Source of the DNA: Macrostomum lignano
Taxonomy: Eukaryota
NCBI GenBank assembly: GCA_002269645.1
Contig: NIVC01001770.1
Coordinates: forward strand, 158,777 to 222,776
Reading direction: 5' to 3'
Length of the DNA stretch: 64,000 nt
The notes under the pieces are model-generated. The model ran no database searches, was not told where the DNA came from, and saw only the letters and a list, made by a program, of their open reading frames with translations. Below are positions 13,430 to 25,460 of the stretch, one piece after another (the stretch's first letter is position 1; each line of letters opens with the position of its first letter). The position numbers were made by a program, and so were the translations under genes.

Positions 13430-16400
13430 TATTCCCAAGACAGCAAGCATCCCCCCAGTAGCAAGCATCCCCTAATACTCCTAGCAAGCATCCACCCAGA
13501 TAGCAAGCATCTGCAGATAGCAAGCATCTTGCAGATAGCAAGCATCTTGCAGATAGCAAGCATACCCCAAATAATGTAGAAGCATCCTTCCAGATAGCAA
13601 GCATCCTGCACATAGCAAGAATCCCTAAATAGCAAGCATCCCTGGATAGAAATAATCCTATACATGTAGCCAAGCTTATCAAGCGCAGTAATCCTTGGCT
13701 ATCGAGTGCAGTAATCCTTGGTTTATTAATAGCAATAATCCATGGCTTATCGAGTGCAGTAATCCTTGGTTTATTAATAGCAATAATCCTTGGCTTATCG
13801 AGTGCAGTAATTCATGGTTTATTAATAGCAATAATCCTTGGCTTATCGAGTGCAGTAATCCTTGGTTTATTAATAGCAATAATCCATGCCTTATCGAGTG
13901 CAGTAATCCTTGGTTTATTAATAGCAATAATCCTTGGCTTATCGAGTGCAGTAATCCTTGGTTTGCCAAGTGCATAATCCTTGGTTTATTAATAGCAATA
14001 ATCCTTGGTTTATCGAGTGCAGTAATCCTTGGTTTATTAATAGCAATAATCCTTGGCTTATCGAGTGCAGTAATCCTTGGTTTATTAATAGCAATAATCC
14101 ATGGCTTATCGAGTGCAGTAATCCTTGGTTTGCCAAGAGCAATAGTCCTTGGCTTATCGAGTGCAGTAATCCTTGGTTTGCCAAGAGCAATAGTCCTTGG
14201 TTTATTGAGTGCAGTAATCCTTGGTTTATTAATAGCAATAGTCCTTGGTTTATTGAGTGCAGTAATCCTTGGTTTATTAATAGCAATAATCCTTGGCTTA
14301 TCGAGTGCAGTAATCCTTGGTTTGCCAAGTGCATAATCCTTGGTTTATCGAGTGCAGTAATCCTTGGTTTATTAATAGCAATAATCCTTGGCTTATCGAG
14401 TGCAGTAATCCTTGGTTTATTAATAGCAATAATCCATGGCTTATCGAGTGCAGTAATCCTTGGTTTGCCAAGAGCAATAGTCCTTGGCTTATCGAGTGCA
14501 GTAATCCTTGGTTTGCCAAGAGCAATAGTCCTTGGTTTATTGAGTGCAGTAATCCTTGGTTTATTAATAGCAATAATCCTTGGCTTATCGAGTGCAGTAA
14601 TCCTTGGTTTGCCAAGTGCATAATCCTTGGTTTATTAATAGCAATAATCCTTGGCTTATCGAGTGCAGTAATCCTTGGTTTATTAATAGCAATAATCCTT
14701 GGTTTATCGAGTGCATTAATCCTTGGTTTATTAATAGCAATAGTCCTTGGCTTATCGAGTGCAGTAATCCTTGGTTTGCCAAGAGCAATAGTCCTTGGTT
14801 TATTGAGTGCAGTAATCCTTGGTTTATTAATAGCAATAGTCCTTGGTTTATTGAGTGCAGTAATCCTTGGTTTATTAATAGCAATAATCCTTGGCTTATC
14901 GAGTGCAGTAATCCTTGGTTTGCCAAGTGCATAATCCTTGGTTTATTAATAGCAATAATCCTTGGCTTATCGAGTGCAGTAATCCTTGGTTTATTAATAG
15001 TAATAATCCTTGGTTTATCGAGTGCATTAATCCTTGGTTTATTAATAGCAATAATCCTTGGCTTATCGAGTGCAGTAATCCTTGGTTTATTAATAGCAAT
15101 AATCCTTGGCTTATCGATTGCAGTAATCCTTGGTTTGCCAAGTGCATAATCCTTGGTTTATTAATAGCAATAATCCTTGGTTTATCGAGTGCAGTAATCC
15201 TTAGTTTATTAATAGCAATAATCCTTGGCTTATCGAGTGCAGTAATCCTTGGTTTATTAATAGCAATAATCCATGGCTTATCGAGTGCAGTAATCCTTGG
15301 TTTGCCAAGAGCAATAGTCCTTGGCTTATCGAGTGCAGTAATCCTTGGTTTGCCAAGAGCAATAGTCCTTGGTTTATTGAGTGCAGTAATCCTTGGTTTA
15401 TTAATAGCAATAGTCCTTGGCTTATCGAGTGCAGTAATCCTTGGTTTATTAATAGCAATAATCCTTGGTTTATCGAGTGCAGTAATCCTTGGTTTATTAA
15501 TAGCAATAATCCTTGGCTTATCGAGTGCAGTAATCCTTGGTTTATTAATAGCAATAATCCTTGGCTTATCGAGTGCAGTAATCCTTGGTTTATTAATAGC
15601 AATAATCCTTGGCTTATCGAGTGCAGTAATCCTTGGTTTATTAATAGCAATAATCCATGGCTTATGAGTGCAGTAATCCTTGGTTTATTAATAGCAATAA
15701 TCCTTGGCTTATCGAGTGCAGTAATTCATGGTTTATTAATAGCAATAATCCTTGGCTTATCGAGTGCAGTAATCCTTGGTTTATTAATAGCAATAATCCA
15801 TGGCTTATCGAGTGCAGTAATCCTTGGTTTGCCAAGAGCAATAATCCTTGGCTTATCGAGTGCAGTATTCCTTGGTTTGCCAAGAGCAATAATCCTTAGC
15901 TTATCGAGTGCAGTAATCTAAGTGTTTTTATTTAGTCCTTTAATAAAAGCTTTTAATAAAAAATTTTACACTACTACTTTTAAACTACTTAGATTCGAAC
16001 CCAGGTCGCTGCATTAGCAGTCTGGTCTGCTCAGCTCTAGGCTAGCTCTCATCGAAGTTATCAGTGAATTTGTACCACTTATATAATTCAACACTCACAC
16101 CAAGTCAGGTAGAGTAAAAAGTCACGCGAAGCAGTTATGACATAATCAATTTCTTAGGCAAGTCAGTACCAGTGTCTATGAAAGCTAACAATATGGTTAC
16201 GTAATATAAATTCAGTACTGCACTATACTTTCACCCTCAAAGCTGTGACGCAATTCAATTGAGTGTCAAATTCAGCCAGTACACAGACGATAAATAAAGT
16301 GTATTGTGATGCAATCTATTTCAGAATCAGAATTCAACCAGTCAGTTTTTTCTCTAGCATTCTTACAATGCATTTCAGGTCGAAAGAGCTGCTTGACCTT

Positions 16401-16587
16401 TGCAAAAAAGCATGTTTTTCGAATATTTAATCCCTTTAACATTGAGCAATTTCTTAGCCAATATGCATGTACCGTCCCGGGAAAATTTCTGATCGAATGG
16501 TGCAAGTTTGAAGAAAATCGGTTGAGCCGTTCGGGAGAAAATCAATTACAAGCAAGCAACCAAGCATTTCATTTTTAGTATATTAGA
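13430..16587 (-). mobile_element. Diverged Helitron unit lacking the CTAG end, carrying a 24/48-bp minisatellite
   Basis: Begins with degenerate 18-bp repeats and ends in the conserved block with 5' TCTAATATACTAAAAATG at 16587; the last ~85 bp read identical to the unit 3 terminus. Confidence 0.72.
13690..15920. repeat. 48-bp dimeric minisatellite (taatccttggtttattaatagcaa / taatccttggcttatcgagtgcag)n
   Basis: Alternating 24-bp subunits with periodic gccaagagc and gccaagtgc variants. Confidence 0.95.
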
Positions 16588-16959
16588 TTTTTCAGCGCCA
16601 AACTCTTTCCATTATGGAGAGCAAGCCTGCTGAGTTGGCATCTGTTCGCTGAGTACAATGCTACAATGATTTTGTAGTGCAGCTTTGGTTGGCTTGCTGA
16701 GATGCAGCTAACCAGCAGTGTTGGACAAGGGGAAATGGCGTGAGAAGTGGCAGAATGCGCCACTCCAGCCCTGTTCCAACCCTCAGCTGTCCTCTCACTC
16801 CCCAGCACTGTACACCCTGCATATTTCCAAGCCGATATGTGGAATTTGATACACACCTTATTGGCAGCCATGTGCATTTGATTGCGAAAAAGTTATCCAA
16901 TGTCAATCAATGTAAGAATATTTTGACTTCTACCTTGGACTTGTACTTTAGTTAGCTAT

Positions 16960-17200
16960 CGTCTTTTAAATGTATTTGTGGGCCTTCTAAATGTATTTGT
17001 GGCTTTCTAAATGTATTTGTGGGCCTTCTAAATGTATTTGTGGCTTTCTGAATGTATTTGTGGCTTTCTGAATGTATTTGAGGCTTTCTGAATGTATTTG
17101 TGGCTTTCTGAATGTATCTGTGGCTTTCTGAATGTATTTTTGGCTTTCTGAATGTATTTGTGGCTTTCTGAATGTATTTGTGCCCTTCTGAATGTATTTG
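16960..17200. repeat. 20-bp tandem repeat (aatgtatttgtggctttctg)n, about 12 copies
   Basis: Read directly. Confidence 0.9.
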
Positions 17201-17400
17201 TAGCTTTCTAGGTTTGCATTGATCACTGGAAGGACTGCTAGGGTTAATTTCGGGAAAAGTATACAGCGATACAATTGATGACCAGAATCTCCATAGTCTT
17301 ATTTTGTAGTTGAATAGATTCTCCGTCTCCTCTCTCTAAGCATCTCAGCCTCTCTCTCTCTCCTGATGAAGCGGCCCCAATCTCTCGATTGCTCAACCAA

Positions 17401-17469
17401 GCATCGCGATGGGTTTCAAGCCTCAGTCCCTACTATAACAGAATCCAAGACCGCTGGGCTACATCTCCT
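17401..17469 (-). mobile_element. Possible tRNA-derived SINE head
   Basis: Minus strand reads GGAGATG-TAGCCCAGCGGT (A-box-like)...GGCTTGAAACC (degenerate B box), resembling the SINE head at 23260-23353. Confidence 0.35.
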
Positions 17470-17899
17470 CATTCCCAATGTGCCGGTCGCAGGAAGGCCC
17501 GCCCCCCATAGTTACTGCAAAGTTGCTCTTGGACCCGAGCTCCCACTCTCCCCTTATTTCTTCCCCATGCGGAGCTGCTCTCGATCTATTCTATATATCC
17601 TTTTTTCTTTCCTTTTCCGATAGACCAAGCATGAGACAGGCCGTGGGGCCAACTCAAGGGTTTGAGGATCGAACAGTGGGGGGGGGATGGGGTCTAAGGG
17701 ATAAACAGGCTGGCAGAGTTGCTGCCACTGCTGCTTTCTGAGCTGTTAGGGATGAATTTCTCTACCAAGTGGGAAGCAACGGCGGTGCATAGAGTGCGAG
17801 ACTTATTTTGCTGTTATTTAGGCTCAGAACTGCACGAGGAAAACTTTTCCGCGAGTGCAAGGGTTGTGTTAATTTTTAAAATACATGTTTTTTGCACAG

Positions 17900-19825
17900 C
17901 ATCTGTCCCACCGCTCTGCCCTCTTGTCTCCCCGCTCTGTTCTCTTGTCTCACCCTCTCTGCCCTCTTGTCTCCCCGCTCAGGTTTCTTGTCTCACCCTC
18001 TCTGCCCTCTTGTCTCACCCGCTCTGCCGTGTTGTCTCTCACCCGCTCTGCCCTGTTGTCTCATCCACTCTGCCCTCTTGTCTCCCCGCTCAGGTTTCTT
18101 GTCTCACTCTCTCTGCCCTCTTGTCTCACCCGCTCTGCCGTGTTGTCTCTCACCCGCTCTGCCCTGTTGTCTCATCCACTCTGCCCTCTTGTCTCCCCGC
18201 TCAGGTTTCTTGTCTCACCCTCTCTGCCCTCTTGTCTCACCCTCTCTGCCCTCTTGTCTCACCCGCTCTGCCGCGTTGTCTCTCACCCGCTCTGCCATGT
18301 TGTCTCATCCACTCTGCCCTCTTGTCTCCCCGCTCAGGTTTCTTGTCTCACCCTCTCTGCCCTCTTGTCTCACCCGCTCTGCCGTGTTGTCTCTCACCCG
18401 CTCTGCCCTGTTGTCTCATCCACTCTGCCCTCTTGTCTCCCCGCTCAGGTTTCTTGTCTCACCCTCTCTGCCCTCTTGTCTCACCCGCTCTGCCGTGTTG
18501 TCTCACCCGCTCTGCCCTGTTGTCTCATCCACTCTGCCCTCTTGTCTCCCCGCTCAGGTTTCTTGTCTCACCCTCTCTGCCCTCTTGTCTCACCCTCTCT
18601 GCCCTCTTGTCTCACCCACTCTGCCGCGTTGTCTCTCACCCGCTCTGCCATGTTGTCTCATCCACTCTGCCCTCTTGTCTCCCCGCTCAGGTTTCTTGTC
18701 TCACCCTCTCTGCCCTCTTGTCTCCCCGCTCAGGTTTCTTGTCTCACCCTCTCTGCCCTCTTGTCTCCCCGCTCAGGTTTCTTGTCTCACCCTCTCTGCC
18801 CTCTTGTCTCCCCGCTCAGGTTTCTTGTCTCACCCTCTCTGCCCTCTTGTCTCCCCGCTCAGGTTTCTTGTCTCACCCTCTCTGCCCTCTTGTCTCCCCG
18901 CTCAGGTTTCTTGTCTCACCCTCTCTGCCCTCTTGTCTCCCCGCTCAGGTTTCTTGTCTCACCCTCTCTGCCCTCTTGTCTCCCCGCTCAGGTTTCTTGT
19001 CTCACCCTCTCTGCCCTCTTGTCTCACCCACTCTGCCGCGTTGTCTCTCACCCGCTCTGCCATGTTGTCTCATCCACTCTGCCCTCTTGTCTCCCCGCTC
19101 AGGTTTCTTGTCTCACCCTCTCTGCCCTCTTGTCTCACCCGCTCTGCCGTGTTGTCTCCCCGCTCTGCCATGTTGTCTCATCCACTCTGCCCTCTTGTCT
19201 CCCCGCTCTGCTTTCTTGTCTCACCCTCTCTGCCCTCTTGTCTCCCCGCTCAGGTTTCTTGTCTCACCCTCTCTGCCCTCTTGTCTCACCCACTCTGCCG
19301 CGTTGTCTCTCACCCGCTCTGCCCTGTTGTCTCATCCACTCTGCCCTCTTGTCTCCCCGCTCTGCTTTCTTGTCTCACTATCTCTGCCCTCTTGTCTCAC
19401 CCGCTCTGCCGTGTTGTCTCTCACCCGCTCTGCCATGTTGTCTCATCCACTCTGCCCTGCCTGTTGTCTCCCCGCTCTGCCTGTTGTCTCACCCACTCTG
19501 CTCTCTTGTCTAACCTGCTCTGCTCTCTTGTCTCACCCGCTCTGCCCTCTTGTCTCACCCTATCTGCTTTCTTGTCTCACCCGCTCTGCCCTGTTGTCTC
19601 ACCCACTCTGCTCTCTTGTCTAACCTGCTCTGCTCTCTTGTCTCACCCGCTCTGCCCTCTTGTCTCACCCTATCTGCTTTCTTGTCTCACCCACACTGTT
19701 CTCTTGTCTCACCCGCTCTGTTCTCTTGTCTCACCCACACTGTTCTCTTGTCTCACCCGCTCTGTTCTCTTGTCTCACCCACACTGTTCTCTTGTCTAAC
19801 CTACTCAGCTCTCTGTCTCACCCGC
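17900..19825. repeat. Complex pyrimidine-rich minisatellite (ctctgccctcttgtctcacc / cccgctcaggtttcttgt units)
   Basis: Read directly; stop-free in all three + frames because of its composition. Confidence 0.95.
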
Positions 19826-20349
19826 AATCCCGAACTTCTACTTCCTGAATTACATTCAGAGCTCCTGTTTCCTAAGCCATGCCATGCGAAGCTACAAAGA
19901 GATTCAAACATATGGATTAACAACAGAGGTCAATTCCTCTATGCCTCTCTTTCTCTGTGAAATATCTGATTTTCTGTCCTATAAGTATGTCATCTCAATA
20001 ACTGTCTCATTTGATCCTCCTACATTGAGCTGACTGCCCGCCCACCCCTTCCGAGTGATAGAGATTAACTAGAGCTCAGCCTAGGTTTACACTGATACTC
20101 ACGCGATGCTTAGCGGCTTAGCGGCACAAACGATAGCTCTGATGAATAAGGGCCATCATGAACCAACAGTCAGATTAGTACAAATGCATAACCCCGCCAA
20201 TGTAGGCTCAAATTTAGCCAGAGTAGCAAACACTTATAGAGAGCCGGTTAGCGGATTGGTAATTTGTAATATTTTTAATAATTCTAGTTGGGGGCCTAAT
20301 CCCATGACTTGGGTGTCTCATTTATCAGTAGGGGTGCTTGATCATTCTA

Positions 20350-20680
20350 GGCGACGCTTTAATCATTCTATGGGACGCTTTAATCATTCTATGGGACGCT
20401 TTAATCATTCTATGAGACGCTTTAATCATTCTATGGGACGCTTTAATCATTCTATGAGACGCTTTAATCATTCAATGGGACGCTTTAATCATTCTATGGG
20501 ACGCTTTAATCATTCTATGGGACGCTTTAATCATTCTATGGGACGCTTTAATCATTCTATGGGACGCTTTAATCATTCTATGAGACGCTTTAATCATTCT
20601 ATGGGTCGCTTTAATCATTCTATGAGACGCTTTAATCATTCTATGGGACGCTTTAATCATTCTATGGGACGCTTGATCAT
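20350..20680. repeat. 21-bp repeat (gacgctttaatcattctatgg)n, about 15 copies, with a degenerate tail to ~20800
   Basis: Read directly; RFNHSMG periodicity in the ORF track. Confidence 0.93.
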
Positions 20681-21117
20681 TATATCGGGCGCTTAATCTA
20701 TTTAAGTGGCGCTTAATCATTGTAGGTGACGCTTAATTTTTCTAAATGGCGCTTAATCTTTCTAAGTGGCGCTTAATCGTTCCACCTGGCACTTAATCTT
20801 CCCAGTGGCATTTATTCTTTTTTAAAAAGTCTTTTAATCTTCATCTTTCTGGAATCTTTGTAAGTATCGTTACGAGCTAACTCTTTGTAAGGGGCGCATG
20901 CTTGATTTTCTTCTACGAAGTTGTTAATTTCTCTTACAAGTGCCTAATATCGTACGGACGCGTCTTTTCCTGTATGTATGCTTGTTCTAATGGATTGTAT
21001 AGGTAAGGAGAAGTGTGTAATTTCGAGGCCCTATTCATCAACCCAACTAATAACGAGGATCTCAATAAATAATCTGACGCAATTTCTTCGCAGTCAGAGC
21101 AGACACCGGTAGTTCTG

Positions 21118-21549
21118 ATGAAGCGGTATCCGGCCCCGACGCGCTGCCTACTGTGTCACCTGCTGGTTTGGTCGACAATCGCATGCTGCACCGGGCAGCA
21201 ACTCGTAGCTGCGCCAACCGACAGGAAGTCAGCAGATTCAGCCGACAGAGCGCCGACGCCGTCCGAGACTGACCTTGTCGGCGAAGGGATCGTCGTCGGT
21301 GGCAGCGGCGGCGAATTCGTCTTCGTGATCGTGTTCTTCTGCGTAGGCCTGGTGGGGTTCATAGTGCTGGTGGCCTACTGCACCAGGTACGCTTCGTCCA
21401 AGGCGGACCGGCGGGCGGAGCGCTACCTGTCGGAGGTGCAGGAGCGCCGGCGGATTAGCCAGGAGAATGCCTACCGCCTCAATGCCGCGTTGGTTCAGCA
21501 TGCGGTGCCGCAGGTGCCGGGAAGCGAGTGCTACCTGCCTGCTGGCTGA
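21118..21549 (+). CDS. 143-aa orphan single-pass (type I) membrane protein
   Basis: Non-repetitive GC-rich ORF with an N-terminal hydrophobic signal-like segment (LLCHLLVWSTIACCTG) and a TM helix FVFVIVFFCVGLVGFIVLVAYC followed by a basic stop-transfer segment. Preceded by a plausible 5' UTR intron (GTAAGG at 21003, ctgac branch point, tttcttcgcAG at 21093). Confidence 0.7.
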   Translation: MKRYPAPTRCLLCHLLVWSTIACCTGQQLVAAPTDRKSADSADRAPTPSETDLVGEGIVVGGSGGEFVFVIVFFCVGLVGFIVLVAYCTRYASSKADRRAERYLSEVQERRRISQENAYRLNAALVQHAVPQVPGSECYLPAG

Positions 21550-21562
21550 GGTGACTTCAATG

Positions 21563-22889
21563 CAGGAGTCGGCAAACTTTTTACCTCAGAGGGCCAGATG
21601 GAGATCTATTAATCTAGCGCATGAGGAAGGGAAAGAGAAGATGGAATAGAGGAGAAAATGGGAGAGGGGAGATAATAGAGGCACAAGAGAAGGGGAAGAG
21701 AGAAGGGAGAGGAGAGAAGGGAGCGGAGAGAAGGGAGAGGAGAGAAGGGAGAGGAGAGAAGGGAGAGGAGAGAAGGGAGCGGAGAGAAGGGAGAGGAGAG
21801 AAGGGAGGGGAGAGAAGGGAGCGGAGAGAAGGGAGCGGAAAGAGGGGAGAGGAGGGAGAGGAGAGAAGAGAGAGGAGAGAAGGGAGCGGAGCGGAGAGAA
21901 GGGAGAGGAGAGAAGGGAGAGGAGAGAAGGGAGAGGAGAGAAGGGAGAGGAGAGAAGGGAGAGGAGAGAAGGGAGAGGAGAGAAGGGAGAGGAGAGAAGG
22001 GAGAGGAGAGAAGGGAGAGGAGAGAAGGGAGAGGAGAGAAGGGAGAGGAGAGAAGGGAGAGGAGAGAAGGGAGAGGAGAGAAGGGAGAGGAGAGAAGGGA
22101 GAGGAGAGAAGGGAGAGGAGCGGAGAGAAGGGAGAGGAGAGAAGGGAGAGGAGAGAAGGGAGAGGAGAGAAGGGAGAGGAGAGAAGGGAGAGGAGAGAAG
22201 GGAGAGGAGAGAAGGGAGAGGAGAGAAGGGAGAGGAGAGAAGGGAGAGGAGAGAAGGGAGAGGAGAGAAGGGAGAGGAGAGAAGGGAGAGGAGAGAAGGG
22301 AGCGGAGCGGAGAGAAGGGAGAGGAGAGAAGGGAGCGGAGAGAAGGGAGCGAAGAGAACTGAGAGGAGAGAAGGGAGAGGAGAGAAGGGAGCGGAGCGGA
22401 GAGAAGGGAGAGGAGAGAAGGGAGAGGAGAGAAGGGAGAAGAGAGAAGGGAGAGGAGAGAAGGGAGAGGAGAGAAGGGAGAGGAGAGAAGGGAGAGGAGA
22501 GAAGGGAGTGGAGCGGAGAGAAGGGAGCGGAAAGAAGGGAGAGGAGTGAAGGGAGCGGAGAGAAGGGAGAGGAGAGAAGGGAGCGGAGCGGAGAGAAGGG
22601 AGCGGAGCGGAGAGAAGGGAGCGGAGCGGAGAGAAGGGAGCGGAAAGAGGGGAGAGGAGGGAGAGGAGAGAAGAGAGAGGAAAGAAGGGAGCGGAGCGGA
22701 GAGAAGGGAGCGGAGCGGAGAGAAGGGAGAGGAGAGAAGGGAGAGGAGAGAAGGGAGCGGAGAGAAGAGAGGAGAGAAGGCTGAGAGAGCTAAGAAGAGA
22801 CACAAACCTTAGGCGGACAAAAGATGCTATTGTGAAGTTGCAAAGGACCCGAGAAATTTGTTCCGTGGGCCGGAGTTTGCCGACCCCTG
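21563..22889 (+). mobile_element. hAT-type MITE with expanded 14-bp polypurine core (ggagaggagagaag)n
   Basis: TIRs CAGGAGTCGGCAAAC / GTTTGCCGACCCCTG; degenerate 8-bp TSD cttcaatg / ctttaata. Confidence 0.8.
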
Positions 22890-23017
22890 CTTTAATACGA
22901 GCGTAGCTGATCTACGAGCCATCCATGCATATTAGACTGGTCCTGCGGTTTTACACGAGGCTGGTTTTCGTTAAAAGATGCATTATTGAGGAAGTCTTCA
23001 GGTTCTCACCTAAATCC

Positions 23018-23353
23018 TTTTTTAGAGGCAGGGGGCTGTGTGCACCCTGGCGCACTTTAAGCGACATTGTCGCACAACCGGCGAGAGACATTACTGCCCA
23101 TTCCACCGACTCCCCTGAGTAGGCACACACCTCATAGGAGTACGTGTACAGCGGTCCTAACTTTATTCATGGTTAGGCATGTACACTTCACTGTGACTTG
23201 GGGTTGGCCCTCAAGGGTGTTAATTGCACGAGCAGAGCCAAGCCGAGAGATTCAAATTTAGACGCAATTAAACCAATGTGACTGCACTTAGAATCGAGCC
23301 TGGGCCGCTGGCACATCAGAGAGCCGCGCCAGACCACTGGGCTACGGTCCCCC
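23018..23353 (-). mobile_element. tRNA-derived SINE
   Basis: Minus strand: GGGGACCG-TAGCCCAGTGG (A box)...GGCTCGATTCT (B box). The body is an inverted homologue of 36121-36485. Confidence 0.75.
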
Positions 23354-23849
23354 TTTTGTCTATGGTAAACCTGGTGCATTTTGCCCAAGTAAACCAGTCT
23401 TCTGTGAAAGCACACGATCAGTAAGCGTTGCGCCCTTCTCGCTACTAACTTTCTCTGTCGATCCACTGCAGTCACCACCAGAAGTCAGAGTTCGTGATGC
23501 ATTTTTTGAGACTGCAACCTCCTTATGTACCCGCACCTATGCACCTCATGTATCTCTTCTATTTTATATAAATCAATTAACTTAATGGCTAGGCCCAATG
23601 CAGCTTTAAATTTCAGTTAGCTAGCGATAAAATAAGTCTTGAATAAAAACAACTGCTTTCAAATCAGAGTTTGATGGATTTTTGAAATGGTCAGTCCAGT
23701 TTCGCTTCCTTGCTACAGTCAGATGCTTAGCCAGGATTTTTTATTGGGGGCGCCGGCACCAAAAAGGACCATGGCGCCAAAGTAGTTGTCATAGAATTGC
23801 TAAAGTGAGGAACAGAGGCGAAGAGGTGAACCTGTGAAGGGGGCGCGCA

Positions 23850-24100
23850 TTCAATGGACTAGGAGGCAGATTCAGTGGACTAGGAGGGGGGGGGCGGATT
23901 CAGGGACTAGGGGGGGGGCAGATTCAGTGGACTACGGGGGCGGATTGACTGGACTACGGGGGCGGATTGACTGGACTACGGGGGCGGATTGAGTGGACTA
24001 GGGGCAAGAGGCGGATTCAGAGGACTGGTGGCGGTCGCGGGGGCTTTACTGCACTAGGGAGGCGGATTCAGCGACTAGGGGGGGATTCAGTGACTTGGGG
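23850..24100. repeat. G-rich ~20-bp repeat (ggggcggattcagtggacta)n
   Basis: About 10 degenerate copies read directly. Confidence 0.75.
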
Positions 24101-24979
24101 GAGGGGGGTGGGGTGGCGCCTTTTTTTGCCATCCTTTTGTGTGGCGCGATCACCTGCTTCTCTTTCTTTTTCCTGCTTCTCTGGTTACAGCTCTCAGCAA
24201 TCTTTCCAGAAGTTCATTTCTTGAAGGATTATATTCTATTTCAGATGTCTATGGTAAAGCCCCATTTAATGCATGTCATTCTATAAAAATGTAAACTGTA
24301 AAATACAGCTGATCATTCTACAACACTGATATATTATCTGGTTTTCTAAAATATTCTATAATAAAGTATTTGCGAAATACGCGTATCAATATATTGCAAT
24401 AAATTATTTCAAAAAGTACATGCGTCATCATGCGACACTTAAATAAACAAAGCTGAGAACTGGGATGTACTTTAAAGACTTGCTTATAGCATCTCATTAG
24501 CATCACATTATGGATTAGTGCGGCTTATCGACTGAGTAACTCTCACCTACTAGGCTGTAACTATTACAGGGATTTACAGCTCGAAAAAGGCCTTACCGCA
24601 GCTGTTCGCATTAATCCCCCATAGGAAATGTTCCCATTTTCGCTGCCGCCAACATTCTCAGCCTCACACATTTTCCCCCAGAATCCCAATCTACCGCTCA
24701 ATCAATCCACTTTGTCTCTCAAATTAAATTTGCTCTCAGCGAATTCCCAGTCAAAATGAATAGCCTATATGGGAGTGGAGATGGGAGTCTGCAGGCGGGA
24801 TTATAACTCTAGCTGTCAATAGTCTGACTAAGAGTTTGGGGAACTGCGCGGTTACTATGAAGAAACTCTATGATTCCATGTGAGCAACTCGATCGGACGA
24901 GGATTATGAGAGGCTCTATGAGAAATGATGAGAAATACGGTGAATAATTCTAAGAGGGATTTTAAAGAGGGACTATGTA

Positions 24980-25460
24980 TCAGAAGCCGTGAGAGAGACT
25001 ATGAGAAGCCGTGAGAGACTGAGAGGCCATGAGAGACTATGAAAAGCCGTGAGACACTATGAGAAGCCGTGAGAGAGACTATGAGAAGTCATGAGAGAGA
25101 CTATGAGAAGCCGTGAGAGAGACTATGAGAAGCCATGAGAGAGACTATGAGAAGCCGTGAGAGAGTGACTATGAGAAGCCGTGAGAGGGACTGTGAGAAG
25201 CCGTGAGAGTGACTGTGAGAAGCCATTAGAGAGTGACTATGAGAAGCCGTGAGAGAGTGACTATCAGAAGCCGTGAGAGAGAGACTATGAGAAGCCGTGA
25301 GAGAGTGACTATGAGAAGCCGTGAGAGTGACTATGAGAAGCCATGAGTGACTATGAGAAGCCATGAGAGAGTGACTATGAGAAGCCGTGAGAGAGTGACT
25401 ATGAGAAGCCGTGAGAGTGACTGTGAGAAGCCATGAGTGACTATGAGAAGCCATGAGATA
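24980..25460. repeat. 20-24-bp repeat (gactatgagaagccgtgagaga)n
   Basis: Read directly. Confidence 0.9.

Noticed and set aside
13679-15921. Hydrophobic ILGLLIAI / NPWFIN ORFs resembling membrane proteins
   Set aside because: Translation of the 24/48-bp minisatellite, open on both strands.
17363-17380. CTGATGA hammerhead-like start, sharing a 12-mer with 21115
   Set aside because: No stem II or GAAA follows; the shared 12-mer is treated as coincidence.
17719-19960. 540-635-aa ORFs in all three + frames
   Set aside because: A pyrimidine-rich repeat that lacks stop codons by composition.
20106-20720. RFNHSMG repeat ORF
   Set aside because: The periodic part is a 21-bp repeat; the unique part has no recognisable protein features.
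21586-22812. Leu/Ser/Pro and Glu/Arg/Gly ORFs of ~400 aa
   Set aside because: Polypurine core of a hAT MITE.
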